A stretch of DNA of 64,000 nt from Selaginella moellendorffii. Its lineage: Eukaryota > Plantae > Lycopodiophyta. The stretch is taken from NCBI RefSeq assembly GCF_000143415.4, contig NW_003314263.1, forward strand, positions 3,606,451 to 3,670,450. Reading direction: 5' to 3'. This document shows, piece after piece, positions 61,562 through 64,000 of this stretch; the stretch's first letter is position 1, and every line of letters starts with the position of its first letter. Both the position numbers and the translations under genes were made by a program. Below the pieces are notes generated by a model. It was not told the origin of the DNA, searched no databases, and was given only the letters and a program-made list of their open reading frames with translations.

Positions 61562-63040
61562 ATCTCTTGAATATGTGTACATTTTCATCCTCATCACAAT
61601 CGCATGAAAGTTTGAAAGTGAAGAACGTTTAAACTTAAAAACGAGCCAATTTTCTGAAGAATCGCAATGGACGCGTTTGCGGCAGGGAAATCTCGGGCTC
61701 GTATCACCAGTCGTCAATCACATTTTAGTTTTTCTGTTGCCAAACAAAAATAAGAAGCTGCTTCAAGTTAGTAAAGTACCTATAGAGCAGCAACCTGAGA
61801 AACGACCAAATGCAAAGGCAGAGAGCAAAGGTGGACAGCAGTGGTGGTGGACTTTAATTCCCTCTTTTTAAGGCTGAGACAAAGAAGAATGCTAATTTTT
61901 TGCCCAGGAAAGATGTTTAAGAAATTACTGCTTTGCCATATTTATTTCTCATTGGATGATGTATATATATTTGATTGATTAATTTGTTCTTTTCTTTAAA
62001 AGAAAGCAAAGAAGAGAAATCTGACTCTCACGTACTTGTGACGAAGGCTTTCGATATGGTCCTCGGCTGATTTAGTATCTCGCCGCCTTAAGGCGCCTTT
62101 GCAGCTGCTAGAAAGGCAAAAATTAAGAATGTTAGACCTTCGACAAACTAGAGAATCGGTTTGGATTTTACACTCGAACTTGCCTTGTACATTTTCTGCT
62201 AGAAACGTCATAAAGATCAGAAAATAGACAAGGAAAAAATATTTCCAGCGCAGTGTTAGGCTCGACCTCTAGGAGATCTTCCTCGTAATATGTCACGCCC
62301 GATTGGCCGCATCCACCCGCTGCCAAGGCCGAAGCATTTTCCAAAGCTCAAAGATGATCTATCATTCATACTGACGGTTTCAAAACCGTTTCAAAACGGT
62401 TTGACATAACGATCCAAGAAGCAGTAGAAAGCAAAGTTCTAGCTCGAGAATGGTAAGTCACAATCTTTTCAGCTCTTTTATAGTCATTTCTTTGGCGTGC
62501 AGGATTTCTGCTTTGTGAAGGAATGTGTTGGCAAAGTGCTATCGAGGCGACATGACACGAAAGAGGCAATAGGAAGGGAAGATCCCTGGAGTTGATACTC
62601 CTCAGGATCTTCATGAGGTAACGGCTTTCGATGTTGCATGAATCTCTGTTGTTGCTAGACGACTCTAAGATCTGACGTAAAGAAAGCAAAAAAAATGTCC
62701 AGGGATAAATCCGAGCAAGAAGCAAAGCATCGCCTTCTTCCATCACATATAGTACGAGCACCCAACCTGCTCTGCATGGTTCATGTCGTCTGCCCGAAAG
62801 TCCAATTGGCTGGCCAGCTTTTCCCGAGGCCCTGTAAAAAAGTGTGAAGAGCTTATTTACGTTCCAGCAGCCTTTCTAAGATGGAGCAGGCCGGGGGCCC
62901 AGAGCTACTCGTCTTCGTTTTGGAGAGTGTTCTCTTATTTCCCTTGCTTCTCCTTTTTTTCTCTTGTTCTTCAGTCGTGAGATTCATGAGTTGAGTAAAC
63001 ACGCGACGCCGCAGCTACCTGGGAGATCGGGATCGAGATC

Positions 63041-63766
63041 TGTTAGCAGCGGAGAGACGCACACACGAGGAGGAAGAACTGTATATATATATCTGTATAT
63101 GATTGTGTACATATACATAAAGCTACTACCACGTGGGCATAACTACTGCCACATCATCTCTACCTCTAACACTCCCACTCACGATCAGGCGACTGATCCA
63201 AGTCTGAATCTAAGCTTGAATCGTGCCTAGCTAGTCTGAGATGATGAGCATGGAGAGCTGATGGTAAAAGCATATGAAAAACTCATCAATCAACTACCCA
63301 AAACTTGGTTCTTGGTCTTGTTCTTGCTTGCACACTCTTTGCTTCTTGCTATGGCTTCAATCTTGCCTCTAGCATGTGGTCTTGGCCGTGAACTGCCAGG
63401 CGCGACTAGGCACTTGAATCTCCATAAACATCCTTCCCAATTGCTGGAAATTCCTGCAAAGAATTGCTATGCAATGTTCTTGAATCTTGACCCAATTCTT
63501 GATGTGGGTTGTTGAAATCTCTCAATCTCCCACTGGCTTTGTTCTCTACTTGCTGCTGCTTGTTGCTCAGCACCTCTACACAGCCTGGTGCCTTGGTGCA
63601 ACGCCTCAAGCGTCCCAAACATTGCAAGAGGGATTGCAATCGGGAGGCTCATCCTCCTCCTCATCACTAGCCTCCTGGCCAGCAAGCGCCATTCTCAGGA
63701 TCAAGGAGCCAATTGCTCCGATACCATGTTAGCAGCGGAGAGACGCGCACACGAGGAGGAAGAACT
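63041..63766 (-). mobile_element. Miniature non-autonomous LTR element (TRIM-like)
   Basis: 131-bp LTR TGTTAG...CTAACA at 63041-63171, minus-strand PPT AGTGGGAG, PBS TGGTATCGGAGC (63715-63726), truncated second LTR 63727-63766. Absent from duplication copy 1. Confidence 0.85.
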
Positions 63767-64000
63767 ATCGGGATGGAGATCTCGTGTTGACTTTTTGTTT
63801 TTGAGGAGCCCAGAAACATGCAATAGACGGATTGTCCCACCACTCAACAGACCATCTCATTTCTTCCCCCACATAGATTCGTTGTGGGAAAAAATAAGCG
63901 TTGCTGTTAATCGGGATTATACCAGCCAGGAAGATAATCCACCTTGTCCCACACTCCTTTAGCAATCGCTTTTCTATAATGTCCAATACACAAATCCAGT

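Larger units (their letters stand above)
47773..64000 (+). repeat. Tandem segmental duplication, period ~9 kb (copy 1 ~47773-54181+, copy 2 ~56782-64000+)
   Basis: Same order JmjC - WAK - F-box - unknown in both copies with high identity (e.g. 50330-53920 vs 59482-63040; 53940-54181 vs 63767-64000). Confidence 0.95.

Overview
Eukaryotic plant genomic DNA. The very short GT-AG introns (mostly about 45-70 nt), high gene density and PLS-type PPR debris suggest a lycophyte such as Selaginella; this is an inference and was not checked. (1) 1-9.3 kb: an LTR fragment, the 3' part of a many-exon FAM184-like coiled-coil gene, and an ankyrin-repeat/PGG transmembrane gene. (2) After a 100-N gap, 9.5-20 kb: a nested, transition-eroded transposon block. 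It holds Ty3/gypsy gag/pol remnants, two more copies of the LTR at 1-874, a Tourist-like MITE, and several Cassandra-type TRIM LTRs carrying the 5S rRNA internal promoter. A decayed inverted paralogue of the ankyrin gene follows. (3) 21-41.3 kb: a compact block of apparently intact genes (SEC-C motif protein, DnaJ protein, CYP707-like P450, ZFPL1, RER1, Deg protease, LBD factor, gamma-glutamyltranspeptidase) plus a kinase pseudogene. (4) 41.3-64 kb: a rearranged pseudogene mosaic (PPR, SCY1-like, F-box/JmjC, WAK-like, two-module F-box gene). It includes a ~2.5-kb fold-back palindrome centred at ~47,262 and a ~9-kb-period tandem duplication whose second copy carries a miniature LTR element. Best leads: the 5S-carrying Cassandra-like TRIM, the gene-derived palindrome, the plant FAM184 homologue, and a triple tRNA T-arm/B-box repeat at the gene/pseudogene boundary. 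Family assignments come from motifs recognised by eye; no database searches were run.
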